64,000 nt of DNA from a virus: IMG/VR virus record IMGVR_UViG_3300038406_000196, positions 32,001-96,000 of that record. One strand, written 5' to 3'. Of the stretch, positions 18,219-27,601 are shown piece after piece (position 1 is the first letter of the stretch; every line of letters starts with the position of its first letter). The position numbers and the translations under genes are program-made. The notes below the pieces were generated by a model. The model had not been told where the DNA came from. It was given only the letters and a program-made list of their open reading frames with translations, and did not search any database.

Positions 18219-18407
18219 ATGCCCGGCCAACGCGCCGCAGGCATCCGGCTCCGGGGAATCCCGATCGACGGCTCGCTGTGGAAGGCAGCCCAGGCCGCCG
18301 CTGCCATCCGCGGCGAGAGCGTGTCCGAGGTGATCCGGCGGGGGCTGCGGCAGTACGTGGACGAGGTCATGCCTGGCAGCTCGCCGAAGGAGCGCCAGAG
18401 CGCGTGA
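18219..18407 (+). CDS. Ribbon-helix-helix protein
   Basis: RGIPIDGSLWKAAQAAAAIRGESVSEVIRRGLRQYV. Confidence 0.8.
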   Translation: MPGQRAAGIRLRGIPIDGSLWKAAQAAAAIRGESVSEVIRRGLRQYVDEVMPGSSPKERQSA

Positions 18408-18435
18408 GCGTCGACCTGCCACCGCGGCCGGGCAA

Positions 18436-18765
18436 TCACCGGAACCGCCTCGGCCCCATCGCAGCCGACCCGACCGCGAAATCGTGCTCGCACCGTTCCG
18501 AGCGACCGCCCACCACGCACCCGCACGGGCGGACGTACACCTGCCGTCCCAGCGTCTCCGGGGTGCAGCACTCCGGGCTACCAGCGGCGGCCATGCACCG
18601 GGGGCAGGCCGGCCGGCGGCACGGCCCGCAGGTGGCGCTGTAGGTGTACTCGCCGCACTTGCACACCCGCAGCTGCCGGGGCTGGTGCTCGCAGGCGTGG
18701 GGCCGGGAGGCGACCTCCCCGCACCGACACAGGCCGGGCAGGGTCGCAAGGTTCACGGCGCTCAT
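18436..18765 (-). CDS. Cysteine-rich hypothetical protein
   Basis: Many Cys pairs; ATGA coupling. Confidence 0.6.
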   Translation of the reverse strand: MSAVNLATLPGLCRCGEVASRPHACEHQPRQLRVCKCGEYTYSATCGPCRRPACPRCMAAAGSPECCTPETLGRQVYVRPCGCVVGGRSERCEHDFAVGSAAMGPRRFR

Positions 18766-18998
18766 TCCGGCCGCCTTCCCGGCTGCTGCCCGTTGAGCAT
18801 CGCCCGCACTGCCGACTCGGGATAGCGGCGGTGACCACCCGCCGTGTACACGCACTCGATCCACCCGGCCGCCGCCCAGCGCGCCAGAGTCTTGACGTCG
18901 ACCCTCACCCGCTCGGCGACCTCTGCCGGCATGAGCAATCTCTCCTGGCCGTTGAGCACCGCCGATACCAGCGCCTGGTGTTCCATCCGCTTGCTCAC
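18762..18998 (-). CDS. bldC: BldC-like (MerR/Xis-type HTH) protein
   Basis: LLMPAEVA..RVDVKTL.RWA.AG.....TAGGHRRY.E..VRA.L matches the BldC pattern. Confidence 0.8.
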   Translation of the reverse strand: MSKRMEHQALVSAVLNGQERLLMPAEVAERVRVDVKTLARWAAAGWIECVYTAGGHRRYPESAVRAMLNGQQPGRRPE

Positions 18999-19270
18999 CG
19001 CTGGCTCCTCTCGGTGGCCGGCACAGTCCGGGCCAACGTGTCCAGGTCCCGCCGCACCCTGGCCCGGTGGCCGACCGCCGCCGGAACACCGGCGCGGGCG
19101 TACCAGCCCGGCGCCCACTCGGCGTCCGGCTCCACCTCGTCCATCACGTCCATCAGCCGCCGGGTGCAGCCGGGGCAGGCATCCTGCGGGATCTTGTATC
19201 CGGCCATCCAAGACGCCAGGCAGGTGTGGCCCAAGGTCCGCTTGGTGCAGGTGGTGTCCCAGGTGCTCAT
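18995..19270 (-). CDS. Hypothetical protein
   Basis: Coupled at both ends. Confidence 0.6.
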   Translation of the reverse strand: MSTWDTTCTKRTLGHTCLASWMAGYKIPQDACPGCTRRLMDVMDEVEPDAEWAPGWYARAGVPAAVGHRARVRRDLDTLARTVPATERSQR

Positions 19271-19449
19271 CGGGCACCGCCCCGCTGGAACCGGCGCAGC
19301 GCCTGCTTCGCCAGCTGCTCCGTGGGGAAGACCTCCGCCACCACCGCCACCGAGCCGGGCACCCGGCCGGGAAGGTGGATCTGCCACCCGCCGTCCACCG
19401 GCACCACCTGCGGTTCCGGCTCGGCGAGTGTTGGCCGCCGGGCGCTCAC
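19267..19449 (-). CDS. Hypothetical protein
   Basis: Coupled at both ends. Confidence 0.55.
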   Translation of the reverse strand: MSARRPTLAEPEPQVVPVDGGWQIHLPGRVPGSVAVVAEVFPTEQLAKQALRRFQRGGAR

Positions 19450-19652
19450 CCGGACCTCCCCGCCAGCACCACGATGGTGGCCAAGACGGCGACCCCGAAC
19501 GCCACCGCCACGGCGAGTGCGACCCACTCCCAGGCCCGGCCCCGCGACCGACCGCTGTCCTCCTCGGCGTTGCACGGGGGCAGGTACGGCAGGTCCCCGC
19601 TGAGGCTGCGCCTAGTGCCGTGGTGGTCCGGGTCGTACCAGTGGCCACTCAT
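19446..19652 (-). CDS. Small membrane protein
   Basis: C-terminal TM. Confidence 0.55.
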   Translation of the reverse strand: MSGHWYDPDHHGTRRSLSGDLPYLPPCNAEEDSGRSRGRAWEWVALAVAVAFGVAVLATIVVLAGRSG

Positions 19653-19905
19653 GCCGGCCCGCCAAACTCCAGCCGCAGCATGACGTAGCAGCCAGCGGAA
19701 GCCAGCATCACGGCGATAGCGCCGATCACGACAGCCACCAGGCGAGCAGCGGCGGGTGGACCAGCACGGCGACCAGGGCCCCGCCGACGGCCATCAGCAC
19801 GGCGGTGCCGATGGCGGACAGCAGGTGCAGGTTCAGGCGCCGGTTCAAGTGCCGGTCATGGGAGCGGGACCGGTAAACGGTGCCCGTCCGGGTACCCTTC
19901 GTCAT
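19649..19905 (-). pseudogene. Membrane protein apparently frameshifted near 19735 (or two tiny coupled ORFs)
   Basis: Hydrophobic sequence continues in another frame (..PPLLAW / VAVVIGAIAVML..) to a TGA coupled with the next ATG. Confidence 0.4.
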
Positions 19906-19921
19906 TGAGATCGCCTCGCCT

Positions 19922-20626
19922 TCAGTGGTTGATCTCTCCTTGCGGCCCGCCGTTCACAGCGGCGGGCCGCGCCCATGTCTGTAGGTCCCGCCCTGGCGCA
20001 CGCCCGGACACTGAGTTGCGAGCCGCAGATGCCGCATGCGTGGCCAGGGCGGGAGTTGGGGGCCGGGCGGCAGGCTCCCGACCGCCGCCCGGCGGGGCAA
20101 CCGGCTCCGACCCCCTGCCAGAGCCGGTCGCCTTCCGTCGACGCGCACCCCGAGTGACGCGGCGACGGAGTTTGCCGGGCCGGCCAGTGTCCGGGGGGAC
20201 GACCCGGCCGGCCCGGTTGCTGCCCGCGGTCACCGGGGTCGCAGGCAGCGAGAGGAGAGCAGTGTCTTCGGAACCCACCGCCGGGATGACGGCAGTGGTG
20301 GAGGTGGTGGAGGTGGTGGCGGCCCCGGCACCCCCGTTGGTGCCTCTTGACGGGACCGCCACCTCACCGCGGGTGCCGTCACGCCCGGCACCACGCGGAG
20401 TCCTGCTCTGCCGGCGATGCCGGCCACCGCGCCGCGCGAAGCCGACGACCAGCCCGACCCCGAGGGCCACCACCGCGGCGCCACCAATCAAGAGGTCGCG
20501 GGTGAAGGGCGTCGAAACCGGTAGGTGAACCTTCGGCGGGCCGAGCACCGCGACCAGCCCGGTGGCGGCGGCAACCAGCAGCAGCGCGCCGACTACGACT
20601 GCGGCCACGGCCCAGCGGGGGGTCAT
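19922..20626 (-). CDS. Membrane protein with low-complexity tail
   Basis: Two N-terminal TMs; C-terminal extent uncertain. Confidence 0.5.
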   Translation of the reverse strand: MTPRWAVAAVVVGALLLVAAATGLVAVLGPPKVHLPVSTPFTRDLLIGGAAVVALGVGLVVGFARRGGRHRRQSRTPRGAGRDGTRGEVAVPSRGTNGGAGAATTSTTSTTAVIPAVGSEDTALLSLPATPVTAGSNRAGRVVPPDTGRPGKLRRRVTRGARRRKATGSGRGSEPVAPPGGGREPAARPPTPALATHAASAARNSVSGRAPGRDLQTWARPAAVNGGPQGEINH

Positions 20627-20760
20627 CGGAGATCACCCGCCTGTACGGTCGGGCACGGCTCCGGCTTCTCGTCGGCGGACGTGAGCCCGGCCACCCAGTA
20701 GACGCCGCCGGCCAGCAGCACAACCGCGGCGAGGGCGACAACCAGGCGTAGGAAGCTCAC
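20623..20760 (-). CDS. Small membrane protein
   Basis: Coupled at both ends; TM. Confidence 0.55.
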   Translation of the reverse strand: MSFLRLVVALAAVVLLAGGVYWVAGLTSADEKPEPCPTVQAGDLR

Positions 20761-20951
20761 GTCGACCGCCTCCCGGCCCCGCTCAGCGCCGAGCCGACCA
20801 ACGCCGTCGCGCCCAGGGCCGGCGCTAGCAGGTCGTCGCCTTCGGCAGCTACCAGGCTGGCAATGAAGAGGATCACCGCGGCCACCACGAGGGAGACGAT
20901 GGCGGTTGCGGTGGCAGGGTGGGCGACTGCGACGGCAACGTGACGGATCAT
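20757..20951 (-). CDS. Small membrane protein
   Basis: ATGA coupling; hydrophobic. Confidence 0.55.
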   Translation of the reverse strand: MIRHVAVAVAHPATATAIVSLVVAAVILFIASLVAAEGDDLLAPALGATALVGSALSGAGRRST

Positions 20952-21715
20952 GCCGGCACCACCGAATCGGCCGGAGCCATCTCCACCAGCGTCGCCAGGT
21001 TCAGTGCACCGCTGGCGGTCAGAGTCTCGATCGCCTGCGCGTGGCGGGCCGCGTTCACGGCGTTCGCCATCGCGTTCCTGGCGAGCATGTCGTGGCGGAG
21101 CTGGTGCTGCTCGACCGTCGCCAGACCCCACGTTGTCCGGGAGCCGTCGGGCATGGCGATCTCGGCGGAAAGCAGCTCCTCGGTCCACTCGACGAACAGC
21201 TCCTTCCGGAGGTTCGCCTCGTACTTGTCGTAGATCTCCTGGAGTCGCTGGTGGTGCGCCGCCTCCAGCTCTACCTCTTCGGCCCAGGTCTCCCGGCAGC
21301 GCTTGCAGTCGCCGCAGGGGTTGTCCTGGCTCCAGGAACCCGGCTGCTTTGGCCCGATGTGCCCGCGGGTCTCGTCCTCGTTGGAGAGTCTGATCTCGCG
21401 CCAGTGGGCGGCCTCTTTGCGGGCAGCCTCGCGCTGGGGCTCCGTCATGTACTCCCAGCGGTCAACGTAGCGGTCCGGGAGATCAGGTATCTCGGCCAGG
21501 AGTCGGGTTCGTGTTGCCTCGCGCTCCGCTACGGCGACCTTGGCGCGCGCAAGTTCCCGCGCCTCCTCGATGACAAACTGAACGGCGATCGTCCGGAGGT
21601 CCCGGCCGTTGAAGGCTGTGTCGATCGCGGCCTCGGCACGCCCCCGCACCCCCCGGCCGAGGTCCTTAGCAAGGTCGCGGGCGATGTCGTACAGGGTGAT
21701 CGTGAAGCCGTTCAT
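20948..21715 (-). CDS. Hypothetical protein (255 aa)
   Basis: GGAGG RBS, ATGA coupling. Confidence 0.75.
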   Translation of the reverse strand: MNGFTITLYDIARDLAKDLGRGVRGRAEAAIDTAFNGRDLRTIAVQFVIEEARELARAKVAVAEREATRTRLLAEIPDLPDRYVDRWEYMTEPQREAARKEAAHWREIRLSNEDETRGHIGPKQPGSWSQDNPCGDCKRCRETWAEEVELEAAHHQRLQEIYDKYEANLRKELFVEWTEELLSAEIAMPDGSRTTWGLATVEQHQLRHDMLARNAMANAVNAARHAQAIETLTASGALNLATLVEMAPADSVVPA

Positions 21716-21918
21716 GCAGCCCTCCGTGGGGAGGTGCTGGTCGACCGGGCTTCCGCTGGCTGAAGATCCGCGAGCGTCAGCCCTTGCCGGTGGAGTGCAG
21801 CTCGGACGATCCGAGCTGCACGCGCTAGCCGGACAGGGTCCGTGAAGGGGTCACGGTCGGCGGCATGCCCGTTGGGCATCGGCGGTTGCTGCTGGAGTTC
21901 GGTCTGTGGGGCCGTCAT
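21712..21918 (-). CDS. Hypothetical protein
   Basis: Coupled to Cro-like gene. Confidence 0.6.
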   Translation of the reverse strand: MTAPQTELQQQPPMPNGHAADRDPFTDPVRLARAARIVRAALHRQGLTLADLQPAEARSTSTSPRRAA

Positions 21919-22169
21919 GCCGCCTCGCCGCCTCGGGTGGAGTCCGCGTCGCGGAGCAGCACGGTGCGGTCGGAGAGGCGTAACGCCTTGCAGATGCGGG
22001 CGTACAGGCCCGGCGAGCAGGCCCGATCGGGGTCCGTCTCAAGCTGGCTGAGGTACTGGAATGAGCAGCCGATCTTCCCTGCGAGGGCGGTGATGCTGTA
22101 GCCCGACAGCTTCCGCAGCTCGCGGAGTGCTGCGCCGTCGATCTCGACATTCGCGTTGGCTGTCTTCAC
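21915..22169 (-). CDS. Cro-like XRE HTH protein
   Basis: LRELRKLSGYSITALAGKIGCSFQYLSQLE; first gene divergent from repressor. Confidence 0.85.
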   Translation of the reverse strand: MKTANANVEIDGAALRELRKLSGYSITALAGKIGCSFQYLSQLETDPDRACSPGLYARICKALRLSDRTVLLRDADSTRGGEAA

Positions 22170-22321
22170 ATGCGTAGTTAAGCAGACTTCCGCTATGTTC
22201 GGCTACCTCTAGGGCTCACCTGTTCGGATGAAAGCCGTCATCAACCGAACATCGTGACAATCAGCCGACCATCGCTCAGCTAAGCTGGACTCCGCAGAGG
22301 TTGGCTGCCATGATTGGCGCC
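22170..22321. promoter_or_regulatory. Lysis/lysogeny switch region
   Basis: TGTTCGG x2 and inverted CCGAACA; CATGAT 7 nt before repressor ATG. Confidence 0.6.
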
Positions 22322-22765
22322 ATGGCGGAGGATGCGTCGCGCCCCCACGCGCGCCTAGGTGCGGTGGTTCGCCGCCGTCGCGAGAAGTTGGGCATGAGCG
22401 TCCCAGTCGCCGCCCAGGCGGCCAAGATCGACCGCGAGACCTGGCGGAACCTCGAAGCCGGCAAGCGCATGCCGCGTGGCTACAACCGCACGCGCATCGA
22501 GCGCACGCTCGGCTGGGCCCACGGCGGAATCGAAGCGATCCTGGACGGTGGAGAGCCTGCCCTCCTCCCGCAGGAGGCCGAGACCGAGGCCGGACCTGAT
22601 GACGGGTACCTAGACCCGGTGACCGGCGAGTTATACGCCGAAGACTGGGAGCGGGAACTGTGGGACTTGAACCACATAGCCATGGACGAGCGGCGCAAGC
22701 TGATCTACTTCACCCGCGCCGACCGTGCCCGGACGCAGGCCGAGCAACGCCGAGCCGCTGGGTGA
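22322..22765 (+). CDS. Immunity repressor (XRE HTH)
   Basis: RRREKLGMS...AA..AKIDRETWRNLEAG; divergent from cro-like gene, near integrase. Confidence 0.8.
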   Translation: MAEDASRPHARLGAVVRRRREKLGMSVPVAAQAAKIDRETWRNLEAGKRMPRGYNRTRIERTLGWAHGGIEAILDGGEPALLPQEAETEAGPDDGYLDPVTGELYAEDWERELWDLNHIAMDERRKLIYFTRADRARTQAEQRRAAG

Positions 22766-22864
22766 ACTGCTGTCGGATCACGGACACCACGCCCTCACGC
22801 CACCGTGGGCTGCCTCATACTTCTCCGAGTCGCACGGGGGTCGCGATCACGGTGGAGTGCGCCC

Positions 22865-23395
22865 ATGTCCTACCCCGGCCAGCCTGACCCGTACCAGCAG
22901 CCGCAGCCGCCGACCCACTACCGGCCGGCGTACGGGCCGCCCGCACCTCCGCCACGCCGGCAGCCCAGCAGAGGCGTGCCGGTGCTCGCCACCGTCGCCA
23001 TTGCCGCCGGCGCGCTGCTCTTCGGCGTGATCGTCGGGCTCGGGCTGGCCGGGCTGGACCCGCAGGACGACACCGATCCCCTGGCTGCCGAGACCAGCGC
23101 ACCAACCGCCCCGGCAACCGAGACCGAGCGGGAGCGGTCAGCGGCCGAGGAGCCCACAGACGCGCCGGAGCCCGAGACGCTGGAGATCCCCGACGACTTG
23201 ACCGGCATGAATGCGGCGGTTGCTGAGGATCAGTTGCGCGAGTTGGGGTTCACGCGTATCGAGTTCGGCTCGGTCGACGCCGCCGACACGGTGGTAATCG
23301 TGCCGAGTAACTGGACGGTGGTGTCGGTGGAGCCCGAGCCCGGCAGCGAGATCAGCGCAGACTCACTCGTGGTGCTGACCTGCACAAAGCAGTAG
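22865..23395 (+). CDS. Single-TM PASTA-domain protein
   Basis: IPDDLTGMNAAVAEDQLRELGF...WTVVSVEPEPGSEI. Confidence 0.8.
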   Translation: MSYPGQPDPYQQPQPPTHYRPAYGPPAPPPRRQPSRGVPVLATVAIAAGALLFGVIVGLGLAGLDPQDDTDPLAAETSAPTAPATETERERSAAEEPTDAPEPETLEIPDDLTGMNAAVAEDQLRELGFTRIEFGSVDAADTVVIVPSNWTVVSVEPEPGSEISADSLVVLTCTKQ

Positions 23396-23401
23396 GCGGC
23401 G

Positions 23402-24847
23402 TTACCGCCCGCGCCACTCGATGGCGATCCGGTTGTCCACGGTGCCGTCGTAGGGTGGCTTGGCCCGGTGGACCACCACCTGCTTGACGAACATCCCCAC
23501 GAACTCCCGCCGCTCGCCGAGGTCCATCGCCGAGACCACCCGCGCGTCTGTGAGCACAGCCGGGTCGACATCCCCGACCGGCTGCGGTACCTCCGCCAGC
23601 TCACCCCGGAGCCGGGCGTCGTCGGCGGCCAGGCTGTCGCGGGCGGTACGCCACTCGTCGTCGGTCAGGTCCCGGCGCCCCCACGCACCGGCCAGGGCTG
23701 TCCGGCGCCGCTCGATCTCCGCCAGGTCGACGTTGATCTGGTCGCGCTGCTCCGCGTGGTCGTCGGAGGTGAACTGGGCCAGGAACTGCGGGTTCGCCAG
23801 CGCGGCCATCAGCACGGCGAGGACGTGCCGTTCCGCCGGGCCGGCCATGATGCCGACGCAGCCGCGACCGCCGTACTTCACCCCGCAGACGTAGTACGGC
23901 ACCTTCGACCCGTCGCGGGCGGTCGGCCGCAGCGTGCCGACCATCCGGGCGCCACACACCCCGCATACCGAGAGCCCGCCGGTGAGGAGGTGCCGGCGGG
24001 CACTGCGCCGGCCGGGCGCCGGCACCGGGTAGGCGCCGGCGAGACCGTTGACCACCCGGGCAGCGCCGAGCTTGGCGCAGACCGCCTTCCACGTCGCCTC
24101 GTCCAAGATCCCGGACCAGTTGCCGGCTCCGACCACTGCGCCCTGATGCAGCCGCAGCCCGGCCACCGCCGGAGTGGTGACCATGTCCTTGATCGAGGTG
24201 CTGGTGAGTGCGCCGCCCCGGCTGCCGGTGACGCCGCGGCGGGCCAGGTCCCGCGCAACGTTGGTCAGCGACCAGCCGGCGAGCACGCGGTCGGCGACCT
24301 CGCAGACCACGGCGGCCTGCTCAGGGTCGTGCGCGTAGGTCTTGACGCCGTCGACCACCACTCGGCGGAACCCGTACGGGCAGGTGGGCGGCGGGATGCC
24401 GGCGGCGGCGTTGCCGTCGAGCTTGTCGTGGACGCGCCTTTTCAGCTTCCGCACCTCCGCGGCCGCGATCACGGCCTTGATTCCGGCTACCTCGTCGACG
24501 ACCCGCACGATCCCGTCACGGTTGGTGTGGACCTCCTCGATGCCAGCGGCGTCCAGCTCGGCGGCGAGCGCGAACCAGCCGACCTCGGTACGCTCCAAGC
24601 GGGTCTGCTCAACGGTCCACAGCTGGGCGACGTGGCCGGCCCGGATCTGCTCGCGCAGCGCGTCGAACTGCGGCCGGGGTCCTCCGTTGGCGGCGGACAG
24701 TCCGGGGTCGGCGAACACGCGCACGGGCAGCCCTGGCCACCTGGCGGCGGCGTACTCGCGCCCCCATCGCTGCTGGCTGTCGACGCCCTCGTAGTTGCCG
24801 TCGGGCCGTGGGGACAGCCGGCAGTAGAGTGCTACGCACCTGGTCAT
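23402..24847 (-). CDS. Large serine recombinase (integrase)
   Basis: YCRLS catalytic motif, D.GLSA...RPQF, recombinase domain PYGF, Zn ribbon CGVC...YYVC, coiled coil. Confidence 0.93.
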   Translation of the reverse strand: MTRCVALYCRLSPRPDGNYEGVDSQQRWGREYAAARWPGLPVRVFADPGLSAANGGPRPQFDALREQIRAGHVAQLWTVEQTRLERTEVGWFALAAELDAAGIEEVHTNRDGIVRVVDEVAGIKAVIAAAEVRKLKRRVHDKLDGNAAAGIPPPTCPYGFRRVVVDGVKTYAHDPEQAAVVCEVADRVLAGWSLTNVARDLARRGVTGSRGGALTSTSIKDMVTTPAVAGLRLHQGAVVGAGNWSGILDEATWKAVCAKLGAARVVNGLAGAYPVPAPGRRSARRHLLTGGLSVCGVCGARMVGTLRPTARDGSKVPYYVCGVKYGGRGCVGIMAGPAERHVLAVLMAALANPQFLAQFTSDDHAEQRDQINVDLAEIERRRTALAGAWGRRDLTDDEWRTARDSLAADDARLRGELAEVPQPVGDVDPAVLTDARVVSAMDLGERREFVGMFVKQVVVHRAKPPYDGTVDNRIAIEWRGR

Positions 24848-24864
24848 CCGGGCAGCGTATCGGG

Positions 24865-24920
24865 CCGCTTATCACTTTACAAGGAGCGTCGGTCCATGCG
24901 CCGTGCCAAGTGACAAGCGG
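24865..24920. other. Candidate attP site
   Basis: IR CCGCTTATCACTT/AAGTGACAAGCGG spanning 56 bp with partial inner symmetry, directly upstream of integrase. Confidence 0.6.
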
Positions 24921-24931
24921 TCGGACTATCT

Positions 24932-25543
24932 CTACCGCGGCCGGAGCTGGTGGACCTGCCCGCCGCGATGCCCGGTCGCTCGGGCCACGATCGCCTCGGC
25001 AGTAGCCGTCTGGTCCACCTTCTCCTGCAGGTCGTCAACTCGCTGCTCCATGCGGTCGAGCCGGTCGACCGCCACCTGCCCCACCAGGCCGGTCCGGGCT
25101 GACAGCTGCTCCAACAGCACGCCAACGCGACCGATCTCCTGCCGGAGGGTGGCATGTTCCTCCCGTATCGCGGCGACGACTTCAGCGGTGGCGAGCCGCA
25201 GCCGGCGGCCGGATGCCCGGTACCGCCAGGCGAACAGCCCAGTGACCGCGGCGGTGGCCAGCGAGGCGCTGGACGAACCGATCAGCAGCCCCCGGTCCCC
25301 GCCGGTCAACAGGTAGCCGCCAGCGAGCACCACGGCGGCGACAGCGAGGGCGACGGCGGTGGCGGTCATGACTCCGGCGCTGACCCGCCGGGGGCTGGGC
25401 GGCGGGTCGGGTTGCCGGGGCTTGTCGGGGGGGTGCTGCGGTGGGACGTGGATGGTCCGGAGCTGGATGGTCGGCCAGTCGTGGCTCCACACGGACGCTC
25501 GGCCGACAGCTGGCCGTGTGGCGGTGGTGCGGTAGTGATGCAT
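24932..25543 (-). CDS. 2-TM coiled-coil membrane protein (start uncertain)
   Basis: Two hydrophobic helices then heptad repeats. Confidence 0.6.
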   Translation of the reverse strand: MHHYRTTATRPAVGRASVWSHDWPTIQLRTIHVPPQHPPDKPRQPDPPPSPRRVSAGVMTATAVALAVAAVVLAGGYLLTGGDRGLLIGSSSASLATAAVTGLFAWRYRASGRRLRLATAEVVAAIREEHATLRQEIGRVGVLLEQLSARTGLVGQVAVDRLDRMEQRVDDLQEKVDQTATAEAIVARATGHRGGQVHQLRPR

Positions 25544-26035
25544 GGCGAAGCAGGCCCCCCACTGCTCGTGGTGATCTGGTCGCCGCCTCATGCTCATCCG
25601 CATCCGGGTTTCTCCCCCGAGACCCGGGTTGCTCGTGATTGCCCCATGCAGGGCGGTATCGCCGCATGCTACCCAGAGTTAGCTACATCACGCAATAGGA
25701 GCGATTGTCACCCGATCGGGTCATATCCGGACAGCCTGTGGTGGCCGTTGTACAGGCAGTAGCCGTATTGGCCGTTCGGTCGATGCCGGGCCACCGAACC
25801 AGCGGCCAAGAGTAGGGCCCACCCCCGGCAAAGCCCCAGACCCAGGGGGCAAACCAGAGCCGGGGTGGCCCGGGGGTGGGCCGCCTGTGCTCCGGCGCCG
25901 GAACCGGAGTCATCACGATCAACGACCCGCCGCCGCATCGGGCTATGGGTCTCCCGTCACACAACGGCTCGCCCGTGAAGATCAGCTTTGGGTGCGCCCG
26001 ATTGCGATCTTGACGGTCGCTCGTACCGTCCATAC

Positions 26036-26440
26036 GTGATCGACTCCGGCGACGACCCCGCCTACGTGCGGGTTGCTCGCATGCTGGAGTCGTGGATACG
26101 CGCCCGAGAACCCGGCTACGGACCCGGCTGGGTGCTGCCCACCGAAGACCGGCTCGCCCGGGAGCTTGGCCTCGGCCGCCGCACCGTAGGCGCCGCGTAC
26201 CGGCTGCTGGCCAACATGGGCGTCCTGACGATCCGCTCCGGCTACGGTGCCACAGTGCGAGCGGAGCCCCAGCGGGAGATCATCACCGTGCCACCTGGCA
26301 CTGTGGTCCACGCGCGGATGCCCACATTCGCCGAGTTGGACGAGTGGCAGCTTGATCCGGGCACTCCGGTGCTGGTCGTCGGCGAGGCGGTGTACCCGGC
26401 GGACAGGTTCGAGATCCGGTCGGACGACCCCGAGGGTTGA
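26036..26440 (+). CDS. GntR-family wHTH regulator
   Basis: PAYVRVA...LPTEDRLARELGLGRRTV..AY..L...G......GYG; TACCGT -10 just before GTG. Confidence 0.85.
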   Translation: MIDSGDDPAYVRVARMLESWIRAREPGYGPGWVLPTEDRLARELGLGRRTVGAAYRLLANMGVLTIRSGYGATVRAEPQREIITVPPGTVVHARMPTFAELDEWQLDPGTPVLVVGEAVYPADRFEIRSDDPEG

Positions 26441-26499
26441 CAGCTCCGTAACTCTGTCCCATGATGCGGGAGGTATCCGCGCAGCGTCCAACGGAAAGG

Positions 26500-26715
26500 A
26501 TGGACGTGGCGACACACCTCATGTGGCAACCAGGCCAGTTCAACGGACCCGCACCCCACACGCGGGGCCGGCTGGACCTCCAGGTGACGGCAGTCGGCGA
26601 CCCGGTCAACGGCTGGGCGCCGGTGGAGGGCTGGTGGCATCCCGCAGACGAACCCGAGCCGATCCGGGCCACCGGGGTCTGGGTACGGGCCGAACTGCTG
26701 GACGAGGCGGGCTGA
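26500..26715 (+). CDS. Hypothetical protein
   Basis: GGAAAGG RBS. Confidence 0.6.
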   Translation: MDVATHLMWQPGQFNGPAPHTRGRLDLQVTAVGDPVNGWAPVEGWWHPADEPEPIRATGVWVRAELLDEAG

Positions 26716-27076
26716 TCCGGGGAGTCAGCTCACGGGGCCGGGCTCGGCTGCGTGAGCTGGCACTCGATCTCCCGGCGCACCTGCCGTGCCTCGACGCGCC
26801 TGGCCTGCCGGCGGTTGCGGCCCTTGTCCGGGCAGTCCGGCCCCGGAGGGAGCTTGCACACCGGGCAGTGGGGCAGCCGAGCATGCGGGCCATGAGCCGG
26901 ACGCTACCCGGCGGGTACGACAGAGGCCGGGCGTACCTACACGCCGGACAGGCAGCGTGCAACGTCGGCTGATCGGACAATACCGGCGACGTGACCCGTG
27001 AGCGTACTGTCCGGAGGTTCCTGCACGCCAGGGGCGTCACGGGGGATCAAGGTCAACTCAATCAAGGAGCGAGTTA

Positions 27077-27535
27077 GTGATCACCCGGAAATGGGGAGCC
27101 GCTGTCGTCCTGGGCCTCGCCGTTGGCGCGCTGGCGCTGGTGGCACCGGCCAACGCTGACCACAACCCGGCCGTCGGTGGCCAGTTCTGCGGCAACAGCC
27201 ACGAAGGCGACGTCCACCAGTCCGAAGACGGCGACTGGTACGTGTGCGAGGAGCAGGGCGACGACACCCAGCCACGCTGGTACCCGACCTCCGAACCGGA
27301 GCCTGAGCCCACCGTCACCGCCGAACCCACGGAGGACCCGACCGAAGCACCGACGGAGGATCCCACCACGGCACCACCGGCCGACGACGAGGACCCGGCG
27401 GACGGCGACGCAGCCGGCCTGCCCGAAACCGGGGCGTCCACCGGTCTGATCGTCGGCGGCGCCGTGGCCCTGCTCGCGCTCGGTGGCGGCCTGTTCCTGG
27501 TGGCCCGCAAGCGGAGGCTCCGCTTCACCGCATAG
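27077..27535 (+). CDS. LPXTG cell-wall-anchored surface protein
   Basis: AAGGAG RBS, signal peptide, P/T/E linker, LPETG, TM, RKRR tail. Confidence 0.88.
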   Translation: MITRKWGAAVVLGLAVGALALVAPANADHNPAVGGQFCGNSHEGDVHQSEDGDWYVCEEQGDDTQPRWYPTSEPEPEPTVTAEPTEDPTEAPTEDPTTAPPADDEDPADGDAAGLPETGASTGLIVGGAVALLALGGGLFLVARKRRLRFTA

Positions 27536-27548
27536 CCCCGATACGACG

Positions 27549-27588
27549 ACAGCGGCCCCGGACTCGCTATGGAGTCCGGGGCCGCTGT
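27549..27588. terminator. Bidirectional terminator hairpin
   Basis: ACAGCGGCCCCGGACTC-gctatg-GAGTCCGGGGCCGCTGT between convergent genes. Confidence 0.85.
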
Positions 27589-27601
27589 GTTGTTGCTGCG
27601 G

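Noticed and set aside
25600-26030. Short ORFs between the membrane gene and gntR, and at 26715-27050
   Set aside because: No clear RBS or motif; cannot choose a frame with support
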